NCBI GenBank assembly: GCA_951406725.2
Contig: OX597829.1
Coordinates: forward strand, 19,406,001 to 19,470,000
DNA: 64,000 nt
Source: Octopus vulgaris
Taxonomy: Eukaryota
Reading direction: 5' to 3'
The notes under the pieces were generated by a model. The model made no database searches and had not been told where the DNA came from. It saw only the letters and a list, made by a program, of their open reading frames with translations. The number at the start of each line of letters is the position of its first letter. The stretch's first letter is position 1. This document shows, one piece after another, positions 26,619 to 37,996 of the stretch. The position numbers and the translations under genes were made by a program.

Positions 26619-27044
26619 ATATATATACATATATATATATGTATGCATATGTATATACATATATATGTGTGTGTGTGTGTGTGTGTATGCATATATATAT
26701 GTATGCATGTATACATACACAAATATACCATACATACATATGTATATGTATACATATATACAATCTTGCAACCCCAGCACTCAACCACTTCTATTCCCAC
26801 ACATCATGAGGGGCTGCCTTGACACCTCATCTCTTCACAGTTCCTTGCGATCATTCTTCCCCTTCCCAAAGAAATGCAAGTAAACCTGGTAGTTCTTGTA
26901 CAAGAAACTATTCTACCCCACTCCTGTCCTTTACTTCTTGTCCATTAGAGTAATGCCATACCCGATTACCTCAGAGCTTGTAGGCTTGCAAGCTAGCTGC
27001 ACAGCAATCTTGCTGATAGGAAGAAAAGAGCAGCCAGCATACAT

Positions 27045-27205
27045 TGTAAAATGGTTGCTGTCAGGAAGGGCACCAAGCTATAGAAACCATGCCAAAGTAG
27101 AAAATGGAACACAATGCAGTCCTTAAACCTACTGGATCCTGTCAAACCATCCAACCCATGTGTCAGAAACGAACATGACATTAAAATGATGATGATGATG
27201 ATGAT
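27045..27205 (+). mobile_element. Family B repeat
   Basis: caggaagggcacc.agcta.agaaacc ... ccaacccatg ... acattaaaatgatgatgatg; a decayed copy also lies at ~26045-26232. Confidence 0.8.
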
Positions 27206-28132
27206 GTGTGTATACACACACACTTATTTAAATATATATATATATATATATGCACACATATATACACATATGTATATACATGCACACATAAACACAAACA
27301 CATCTATATATAAATATACACAGATGTGTGTGTGTGTGTGTATAGTGCTCCAGCATGGCCACAGCCTCGAGGCTGAAACATAAAAGAATAAAAGGATATA
27401 TACATACACACACAACAAATGTACATACACATACGTACATGTATACATGTATAAATACACTTATATGTATATACACACGTATGCTGAACCAAAATGGATC
27501 GTCAGAGAAGACTAAAGTGGAGCTCTAATCAGTAGCAGTCATCTATTTGTACACAAGAAACACTAAATATCTGTATATTACACACACACATATGTACAGT
27601 CATATATATATGTACATACATTCATACACACACATCCATTCACATAGTTATACACACATATGCATGAATAGTGATTACTCTATCTTCACAGATGTTTGCC
27701 ATCTCCTCGTGTTTCCTCATTGTCAACATTTCTGACTTTCCATCCATGACCTCTCAGATGACTATTCAGTCCTCCTGCAGACGTGCATGACTAGAAGCTT
27801 AGGTGACAGATGAAAGCTGTAACATACTGTGCATTTTCAACTGGCAAGGTCTGCACATATCACCACAGGACTTTCAGGTGATGGTATTATGAGGTCAGTG
27901 TAACAAGGTATCTGTACATCACTGGATTATACTAATAAATATGTATACACCATGAGTATCATTCTCTGAGTGAATGAGTAATACCAAATGATAGGCTGAG
28001 ACAAGATAGCCAGTTATCATGTGAAACCACAAGTTTTACATTAGTGTGACCCTCTCCTTGAAGGATCCTTCACTTCGGTGTTTCTACTGTATGCCCTGGG
28101 ACCAACCAACCATATATACATATATGAATGCA

Positions 28133-28300
28133 CTATATTTTGATGTGTATAAGGAAGCCCCTAATTTGGGGGTGGGGGCTTAAAATTTGGAAAAAGGTTT
28201 TGTAAGGGATTATGATTCAATCCATGCATAAGAAACTCCCATATTTTTTTTAACCTAATTTTTGACAAAAAAAGGGCTCCTTATACACATTAAAATATGG
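28133..28300. mobile_element. Short Tc1/mariner(pogo)-like MITE
   Basis: ~27-bp TIRs ctatattttgatgtgtataaggaagccc / gggctccttatacacattaaaatatgg, followed by TA. Confidence 0.75.
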
Positions 28301-29334
28301 TATATACATATACACATATATACAAACATACATGCACACAAACACAAATTCAAATATATATATTATCAGACTCCAAATAGGCTGGTATTGGTCTGCATTG
28401 GCAAGACTTATTATATAGTAAAAACAATAAAAATAGTATAATGAATTGTTGTGAAGAGTGGAAAATCCAATGTTTCTTCAGGGAAACTAATGAGTAAGAA
28501 CAGAGTTTTACATACTTTAAGAGGAAAAAAAAAAACATGGCTGCAACTGGAAAGAGCAGCCCCACATGAGTTCCATACATGAGCAAGACGTGAAAAGAGA
28601 AACTGTGAGAAAGTAGAGGAAAAATAAATGGCATAAGGAGAAGCAGGAGGCAAAGTTGAGACTGAAGTGAAGGGAAAAGATAAGGCAAGAACAAAGTTGA
28701 AGTGTAAGAGAGGGATTAAGGAATATAAGAAAAAAAATGTTAATTTAAACCTGTTGGGGACATGGAACCAAATTCGAATATAAAATAATGTTCTCTCCAT
28801 TCTGTTGAGAATTAGAAATCATGGCACATGGCAATGTAATGTATAGATAAGTGAGTGATGGAATGGCCCATAGTACTGAATCGGGAAGCAACAGGTTGGC
28901 CTGAATACGCAGTTATAATAGGAGTATGCTTCAGATAGGCTCCTGAAAGAGATCAGCAATGTGTCGACCTGTTTCCCCAATGTAAAGGACACCCCAAAGT
29001 TTTGCTTCCCAGACCCCGGTCGAACCGTCCAACCCGTGCTAGCGCGGAAAACGGACGTTAAACGATGATGATGATGATCTGTGTGACTTAAAGCATTTCT
29101 CACGCTTAAGTGTGACTAAGGCACTGTTTCTCCTACAACTTTTTGTTCACTTATGAAACTCATGTAGTCCTGCACTCCTTACCAGTTGCAACCAGTGTTT
29201 TTTTTTTTTTAACTTAGCCAATGTAACACTGCTGTCACTCAATTTCTTTCCTTCATCTTTCCTTAAAGAAGACTATCCAAAACATTGGATTTCAACTCCC
29301 CATAACAAGCTCATACAATTTTTTTCATATATAT

Positions 29335-29525
29335 CTGTATCTTTTACTTGTTTCATTCATTGAACTACGGACATGCTGGGGCACCACTTTCAAGAACTTT
29401 TAGTTGAATAAATCAAGCCCGATACTATTTTTTTTTAAAGCCTGGTACTTATTCTAAACTGCTAAGTTACAGAGATGTAAACACAACAACCAGTTGTCAA
29501 GCAGTGGTGGACATCCTCAGACACA
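29335..29525 (-). mobile_element. SINE family A, 3' half
   Basis: cttttacttgtttca.tcatt..catgctggggcacc ... gttgtcaagcagtggtgg. Confidence 0.75.
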
Positions 29526-29787
29526 GACATGCACACACACACAAACATATATATACACACATGTACATATACAAACACACAAATACATATGTATATGTAT
29601 GTATAAAATAAACTCAAAAGTTCAGTGAAATTAGCATAAGGATAGGAAAATCCAAAGTTTCAAACAGAACTTCTTAATAGAAAATTTCTCTTTCAAATGT
29701 TCCTCAAATAAAAGGCAGTTTGAAACTGGATTTTTTACTCATAACTACATAACTATTGTTGATGTACACCTCTTTGGGGTGATTTTG

Positions 29788-29823
<36 letters not shown>

Positions 29824-30119
29824 GTACACATGCACAAACCTACTTACATAAATATACACACAAACAAAACCTACAGATGCATGTATATATATATATACAT
29901 ACATACACACACACATATTTTTATTATAAATCAACCTGGTCCTAAATTTCTGAGATATGAGCAAATGGTCGTTTTGATGAGTGGTAATATTAATATTTGT
30001 ATATCCAATATTGAGCAATATCAGTTTACGCTTTTTCAGATGCTGAAAACTGTCTCATAAGCTCCTTACTCACTTCTCCCATTCTACCTACAAATTAAGT
30101 GCAGCCCCAATGTAGGTCA

Positions 30120-32545
30120 TGAGTGATTGTAGAAATGTTAGAACAGTAGCATGTAGGCATGTTGTGTGCAAGAGGTAAGATGGAGTGGAGTCTCAAGAAG
30201 GCAATACAGATAGTAAGGTGTATACGAGTGGCACTTTTAGTAGTGAATGGATAGGCTAAAGTGGTAAACAGTGTGTGATAGTATACTTAAGTTTAGAGTA
30301 TTTTTGGAAAAAACAAAAGTCACTTTAATCTATACCTATGTTTCTCAATCAGGACTGCCAAGCAAAAGGACTTTTTATTATACCCTTTTGCAGACTACCT
30401 GAATGAAGAATATCAGTAACTTCTATGGTCATACTGGCAGCATCCAGAGTGATTCTGTGGTACACATGTAAGCAATGTATTTGACTCTAGAAATGAGGAG
30501 GGACAAAGTATCATGGACTTCTTCTGAGATACAAATAACCAGATGATCAGTAACACTTTAGGAAACCAGCTAGTCATCTGATCACCTATAAATCTGGTGA
30601 GCTCACAAGGTAGACTGACTTCATTCACATTAGAAAGCAGATTGTAAATGCAAAGGCTTTATCTGGTGAAGATTGACCTACTCAGCTTAGGTTAATGGTT
30701 AGAGACTTCAGAATCAGAAGGACAGACACACTATTCAGGAAAAGAAAGATATGCAAGTTCTTTTGAACAATCAAAGAAGTCTTAATTGATACATTTTATA
30801 AGAAAAGGAGGACAGAGAAGGAAATAGCCTAGTTACCTACATTGTTAATGACTGTACAAAGGATCTTACCCAACAACTGGTGCAGCTGTATCATAGTCAA
30901 AGGGTAAAGGAGATTCCTTAAAGCGAAGTAATTACAGATGTATCAGACTACAGGCCCAAGGAATGAAACTTACAGAGAGTTATAGCTCAAAAAATTAAGT
31001 GACATGCAGTTTGGATTTGCACCAGAGAGAAAAACTACTGATGTCCTTTCTAGTAAGGCAACGGAAAAAAGTATTTAGCTTTCATCAACCTACAAAAAGC
31101 CTCTGACAGGGTTCCTCACCCTCTACTACTCAGGTGATTGTTACAGAAGGTAGGAGTGGATGAATGGCCAAGGAGAGTTGTTCAAGCCATGTATGGAGGA
31201 GCTGTCAATAAAGTTAACAATGACAAATTTAGAGTGCAGACAGGAAATCACCAGGGCTCAGCTCTGTCTCCCCCTGCTAATCATAGTCCACCGAGCCATA
31301 ATAGACCAGTCTGTTAGTAGAAACTGCTCTATGCTAATAAACTTGTTCTTAAAGTTGGACTTGCAGTAGAATTAGAAAAGCAAACTCCAGGTATGGCAGC
31401 AAAACCTAGCATCAAAGGGCCTTGAACTTGATTTAGGAAAGATCATAATTCTAGCAAGCAGGAAAATAGATAATACACTAATATCTTTGGGGAAAATGGC
31501 CCTGTTTGACATGTTGGAAAAGTGGAGATAGAAATTCCATAAAGTATACCAAGTGTACACTTTTGACACACAAGAGTTGCAGTGGAATCACAGGAAGGTT
31601 AACTTAGTTTGTTGTAGATGTGCAGGAACAATAATAAACCCTAAGAACACACATGAAATAGAATTTTTGAAATGCTCACGACATTTCCTCAGAGGTAGAT
31701 AGTTTCTGCTACCAAAGTGACCTAATTAGCAGTGGAGGAGGATGTTCTGAAAATCTAGTTGCTAGAATATCGACCAGCTGGAGAAAGTTCTGAGAACTAT
31801 GAACTCTTGATAATAAAAGGCTTCTCTCTTTCAGAAAGAAAGGCAGGTTATATGGTGCTTGTGTATGAGCAGTAATAATATGTGGTAGTGAAACATGGGC
31901 CATGAATGCAGAGGACATGCAAAAACTAGAAAGAAATAAGCTACCATGCTCTGCTGAATCACCATCATCCTTATCATTATCGTTTAACATCCACCTTCCA
32001 TGCTGGTATGCCAAAATGTGTATTGAGAGAAAAACTGGGTGTAAGAAGCATTATATGTAGTGTGCAAGATAGAAAATTCATTGGTATGGATGAGAGCAGG
32101 TGTCATTATGTCCATCCTTATATTCCTCAGACCTCAATCTCTGGCACTGTGCATCATCTCCCTATTACTCAGTCTATCTCTTGTTTCCTTATACTATTGC
32201 TCTACCCACTCTCTTTTATTATGTACCATCTATCACCTCTTCCTCCTGACCAGCCTTATTTTCCTTTGTTTTCTCATACACTGAGATTCACTGTTGTCCG
32301 TACCTCCAATCCATATTCACTATTTATTGCATTCATTTTTATCCTCATCTCTTCTTTGTCACTTTCCATTCACACTCTTGCAAATCTACTCACCAAGCCA
32401 TCCTTAATTCTCTCCTTATCGACCTTGTACCTTGATATTATTCCCTGACACTACACTTCCACTTTCTCCCTCTCTGTTCAATTAGCCATGTATCTCCTCT
32501 ACTACAAGACACTCTCTAGCATACACCAGGCACTAAGACACCTCC
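30120..32545 (+). mobile_element. Decayed RTE LINE (endonuclease, RT and C-terminal remnants, pyrimidine-rich 3' UTR)
   Basis: Broken motifs YTY..QSGL, MQFGFAP...TTD, WQQNL.SKGL, KGRLYGACV..CGSETWAMNAEDM.KLERN and LREKLGVRSI; a family B tail is inserted at ~31960-32008. Confidence 0.8.
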
Positions 32546-32554
32546 CCAATACTG

Positions 32555-32870
32555 CATATAAGAAGCTTGCTTCCCTGTCATGTGGTTCAAGGTTTAGTCC
32601 CACTGCGTGGCACCTTGGACAAGTGTCTTATATAACAGCCTCGGACTGACCAAAGGCTTGTGAGTGGATTTGGTAGATGGAAACAGAAAGAAGCCTGTTG
32701 TGTGTATCTTTGTGACTGTGTTGTCCCCACCCATCACCACTTGGCAACTGGTGTTGGTATGTTTATGTCCCCATAACTTGGTGGTTCAGCAAAAGAGAAT
32801 GATAGAATAAGTAATAAGCCTTGGAGTCAAGTTGTTCAACTAAAAGAACCCTTGAAGGTGAACAAGTAAA
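32555..32870 (+). mobile_element. SINE family A copy
   Basis: agaagcttgcttccc..gtcccactgcgtggcaccttggacaagtgtc..gtgagtggatttggtagatggaaac. Confidence 0.85.
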
Positions 32871-32889
32871 TGTTTTATATATGTCATGT

Positions 32890-33330
32890 CATCCAGTGTT
32901 TTAAATCCGGGTTTTGTCTCCATTAACAGGGCTGGCTGGATCTACCTCAGTACCATAGCAACCGCCATCTCGCCCTGTTTTGTGTGCCCTCCCTTTCTCA
33001 AGCCAACCCTCACAATCTCCTCAGAACATGCTCCTCATCTCTCCTCAACACATGCCCTTGCCAGCCACTCTGCCAATTCCTCTAACCCCAGCATCCTCAA
33101 CAAGTCTGAAATCCTCCTCTTGTCAAACAGCTTCACTCCACACATTTCTCTCACCATTGCTCTCTTGGTCCTTGTCATAATTACCATCTCTCTCTCCTTC
33201 AGACACCATGTCTCACTCCCATACAGCATTGCAGCTCTCCCACAACTATAGACCCTTCCTTTCATCTTCAATGAGAACCTTTTCCCACATAACAATGCTC
33301 CATATTACCTGAACTTCATCCAGCCAAGTC
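32890..33330 (-). mobile_element. RTE LINE C-terminal fragment
   Basis: ORF 33035-33295 FSLKMKGRVY..R.AMLYGSETWCL..RAMVREMCGVKL.D. Confidence 0.9.
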
Positions 33331-33697
33331 CCATGATAAAATATATATATATATATACATGCATACACACACATATATGCATGATCATTTAATATGTATG
33401 CATCATTTAATGCCTGTATTCTATGCTATTATGGAATGAACTGGCCAAAATGATTAGTGTACCAGAAAGCTGCACTGTGGTCTAGTGTCTGGTTTTTGCA
33501 GGGTTTCTGTAGCTGGATGCTCTTCCTAATGCCAACCACTTTACAAAGTGTACTGGGTACATTTTTAAGTCTCAAACAGTGATGAGGTCACTAAGTGTCT
33601 TGCAAGAAATAGCCCTTATAATGCCAGGTCAGAAGTATGGGATATGATGAGAGTACTGGGGGCTGTCACTGGCAGAACAAGAGTGTATGTGTGTATG

Positions 33698-34092
33698 GGC
33701 GCAGGCATGGCTGTGTGGTAAAGAAGCCTGGTTCCCAACCACATTGTTCTGGGTTCAGTCTCACTGCGTGGCACCTTGGACAAGTGTCTTCTACTACAGC
33801 CTAAAGCTGACAAAAGCCTGTGAGTGTATTTGGTAGGTAGGAACTGAAAGAAGCCTGTGTGTGTGTGTGTGTGTGCATGCACTTGTGTTTGTCCCCCAAC
33901 CATCGCTTGACAACTAATGTTGGTGTGTTTACATGCCTGTAACTTAGTGGCTCAGAATAATAGACCGATAGAATATGTAGCAGGCTTACAAAGAATAAGT
34001 CCTGGGGTTGATTTCTTTGACTAAAAACCTTTTGAAGTGGTGCTCCAGCATGGCCCCAGTCAAATGGCAGACAAGTATAAAAAGAAAAGAAT
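33698..34092 (+). mobile_element. SINE family A, full length
   Basis: ggcgcaggcatggctgtgtggta head to the gtgctccagcatggcc..agtcaaatg tail. Confidence 0.9.
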
Positions 34093-34429
34093 AAGGAAAG
34101 ACTAGAGGCAAAAGGGGCATCAGCATAAAAAAAAATGGTAAAGGATTAAACTAAGAATGCAAGAAGCAGAGTATGTGGCTCCAGGGAAGCTGAGTGGAAG
34201 TGCAAACACGTGGGATATGAAATATGTTCAGTTTTGTTCTCATGTAATTACAGCTACAGGGTGAAAAGTGCCATAAGACAGAAGAGTGATTTAAGGTGGT
34301 GGTGGTGGTGGTGGGAGGTTCTGGAAGATGAGTTGTAGGGAAAATGTATGTCAGGGACAGACTGGGTGGAGATGCATAGATATAAACACTACGGATTTTG
34401 TGCATCATTTGTGCTGAGATGGATGGGTC

Positions 34430-34627
34430 TTCTTGAGCACAGTAAATTGCCAATCATCTCAAATTTCAGAGACTGTACTTTATTACTTTGTTACTTCGTT
34501 CCATGTCCACCTGGATCTCCCGCTTCTGCAGTTCCCATCCAATTTAGTAATCAGAACTTCTTTATGCAACAGTTCTCTTACATGCATATCACACAACCAT
34601 TACATATGGCTCCTCTTATGCCTAATT

Positions 34628-34630
<3 letters not shown>
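34430..34630 (-). mobile_element. RTE LINE C-terminal fragment
   Basis: Similar to 55200-55380 (KLGIRG..GRGRPR.TW.EVV region). Confidence 0.6.
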
Positions 34631-34667
<37 letters not shown>

Positions 34668-34841
34668 TCACACACACACACACAACCACACATGTATAAT
34701 TACCAATGTCATGTAACTGAAGGAACTGAAGACTAATGTGCATTCCCAACTGTGTGTGATTTGATCAAACAGACTAATAGATAAATACAACACATACATG
34801 TGTGTGTGCGAGTGTACACACACACATAACTATACATACAC

Positions 34842-34873
<32 letters not shown>

Positions 34874-34906
34874 GGACACACACACACAGCTCTCTATATA
34901 CGTGTA

Positions 34907-35187
34907 TTATTTGTTTCAGTCATTAGACTGAAGCCATGCTGGGGCATTGCCTCAAAAACTTTTCAGTCGAATGAAATGACCCCAGGACTTAGTTTCTCTT
35001 TAAGCTTCTTTCAGTCTCTTTTGCCAAACCACTAAGTTACAGGAACATAAACACATCACAGTGGTGGAGGGTAAACACAGACATCTACGAAATCTACTCA
35101 AAGCTTCAGTTGGCCCGGGATTATAGTAGGAGACACGTGCTCAAGGTATCACACAGAGGGACTGAACCAGGAAGTATGTGGTTGGGA
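34907..35187 (-). mobile_element. SINE family A copy, internally deleted
   Basis: ttgtttcagtcattagactg.agccatgctgggg ... gggactgaaccagga..tatgtggttggga. Confidence 0.8.
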
Positions 35188-36267
35188 TGTGTATATGCAT
35201 ATAAACACAAACATACAACATATGTATGCATATACATACATCTATACATGTATACTTACAAATATATATACATGTATACATTGATATACACGTTTGCACA
35301 AATGCTTACATATATGAATATTTATAAATAAATAAATATATATATATATATATATATAGATAGATAGATAGATAGATAGATGGATAGAAAGAAAGACATG
35401 AATAGAAAGAAAGACAGATGGATACGTGAACACACATGCAAATATATACACACCAGCATGTACACATCCTTGTATATATACAGATATATACAGGTACATA
35501 GACATATACATATGTATGTATGAATGTGTATATATATATGCACACACACACGTGCATGTATGAATGCATACATATATGTATGTATGCATATACATACATG
35601 GAACACCCACTTTTACATGCTTGCATGTAGCAGATGTTCTATAGTTGGTAGTCCTTGTTCACAATCTTCACCTGATTCACCATGGAAAGCAGGACACAAA
35701 CAATAAAGCTTCTCTGATAATTTTGCTCATTTGCAGTTATCACACAAGGGTATACAACTCCAGACAATAACACACATCTAGATACACAATAGGTATCTTG
35801 CATTTGGTCGGTCCAGGGTTATTACAGAAGACACTTACCCAAGGTGCTATGCAATGGGACTGAAACCAAAACCACTAAGTTTTGAATCAAGCTTCAGTCA
35901 CGCATACACACGTGTGTCTGTGTTTGTCCTCCACCCACTGATCACATGTAACTGCTGTTGGTTTGTTTACTTAAAAATAATAACTAACCACTGAAGGCAG
36001 TGCTCCAGCAGAGCCACAGCCTACTAAGAGAAACAAGACAAAGATAAACCCATGTAGGTATATATGTACAAGTATATGTATCATCACAATCATTGTTTAA
36101 CATCCGTTCTCCAATCTAGTTATCTGGAGAGCTGTCCAGACTCCATACATATATATACATACATATATGTGTGTGTATATATATATCATATGCATGCATA
36201 CACACAGAGGTGACCACATAAGTGCAAACAAAGAAAAAAATAGTACTTGAATACCAAAAGTAAAGTA

Positions 36268-36409
36268 ATATGCTTTTATTAAAGCTACAAAATTATCACA
36301 AAACTGTTAATCAAAATTCCATGTTTCAATTCATTGCACAAAGGTCCGATGAACAGAAATATGAAACTGAATAACAATTTTGTGAAAATTTTGCAGCTTT
36401 AATAAATGC

Positions 36410-36413
<4 letters not shown>
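36268..36413. repeat. Imperfect inverted repeat (foldback)
   Basis: atatgcttttattaaagctacaaaattatcacaaaactgtta pairs with taacaattttgtgaaaattttgcagctttaataaatgcatat. Confidence 0.85.
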
Positions 36414-36446
<33 letters not shown>

Positions 36447-37742
36447 TATATATATATATATATACATACTTGCATGTGGCTTGACATCTTACAATGGAAA
36501 TGTTTTCATGAAGAAATATTATATTGCTTAGAAATAAGTGAGGATGTGCATCAGAGAGAGCATCTATTCGTGGAAAAGTGGATGTTAAAAATCTACGTAT
36601 ACATACCCATACATGCAAACATGTATACAGGTATACACATTCACATACATACATATATATATATACATGCACACAGACACAAAGTATGAGCTCTTGTGTG
36701 TGTATATATGTGTGTAAGTGTATGTATATATGTGTATAATATACATATTTATGTATCTATATGTACACATATGCAAACATCATCATCATCATCGTTTAGC
36801 GTCCGTTTTCCATGCTAGCATGGGTTATTCATTTATATACACATGCATTCACACACATATGTACATACATATGAAACATATATATATGTAGCTAAATAAA
36901 TAGAGAAACTTCCATACATACTTACAAATACATTCATACCACAATACACATAAACAATTTATAAATACACACACACATATATACATACACATTGATATAC
37001 ATATGTATACATACACACATGCAAGCATAACTGTACACCTACATGTGTATGCATACACATACATTCATATATATAATTTTGTGTGTATGTGTATATATAT
37101 ATATATATAAAATGACTTCCTTTCTCTGATTGAATACCTAGAGATAGCTTAACATCAGTACATCTGACTAATTGAAACCGATTACTGCATAATAGCTCAG
37201 ACAATAGAATATTGGACTTGAAGCAGGACCAATTTCCTCATTGTTTTAAGTCTAGTTCCCAAATGTAAGCAATCCACCTATACTGTATTTATGAACACAC
37301 ACATACATTGTCCAGTTTGTGTTAATCCAGATATATATTTAGGAGTATATTAAAACTGAATATACTGATATACTGGGTAATCCTCCTAAAAACTGGATAG
37401 TGCTATTTTACCATCAACCAATTATATATAATTGCAATTGGAAAAACTAGTAAACACTGAAATAGATCAAAAATACAATTCAATGAAAATACCTTTGTAC
37501 CTCTAAACATATACATTACATACCAATCAAGATAAGTAAATCTGGATAACATTTGTGATATTTATTGCTTTGTTTAGTAATAAAATTAAATATTCATGTT
37601 TTTTCCTAAAAGATTTGGATGTGTTTTCTTAATATTTATTGGCATATAAGAAACTCGGAGTACACAATAGGATAAATCTACTCAGATTATTGCCAAATCT
37701 AATCCATCCTTTAACAGTGTATCAACTATCATGTGTTCTAGT

Positions 37743-37856
37743 TTATGAATCTACACGTTTAGCCAGCTTCCTCCGACGTGGCGTCCTCCTGACGCACGTG
37801 CGATGTAGGTTTCACAATAGGGGCACAGCAATCCTAACGAAGTCACATGTTCTACT
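37743..37856 (-). other. Interrupted peptide motif SRTCDFVRIAVPLL*NLHRTCVRRTPRRRKLAKRVDS* (conserved-uORF-like)
   Basis: Hand translation; in-frame TGA at 37814-37812 and TAA at 37745-37743. Resemblance to NDST-family uORF peptides is from memory only. Confidence 0.5.
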
Positions 37857-37996
37857 TCAGCAGGATAGTGACAAACCAAAGAAGAAACAATGCAATCACT
37901 GTCGCTACTCCATCCAGTTGTGCTATTGGATACTGACAGACGGAAACTGGGGGGTGGGCACACAAGCAGCTGCTGTTGTTTCCAGAGCAAATACAT
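37751..37996 (-). CDS. Candidate 81-aa uORF/microprotein MYLLWKQ...CPYCETYIARASGGRHVGGSWLNV
   Basis: True ATG with A at -3, non-repetitive open frame inside the candidate exon; no family recognised. Confidence 0.3.
   Translation of the reverse strand: MYLLWKQQQLLVCPPPSFRLSVSNSTTGWSSDSDCIVSSLVCHYPAEVEHVTSLGLLCPYCETYIARASGGRHVGGSWLNV

Noticed and set aside
25937-36850. Many short Y/I/C/V/H/T-rich ORFs
   Set aside because: Microsatellite translations.
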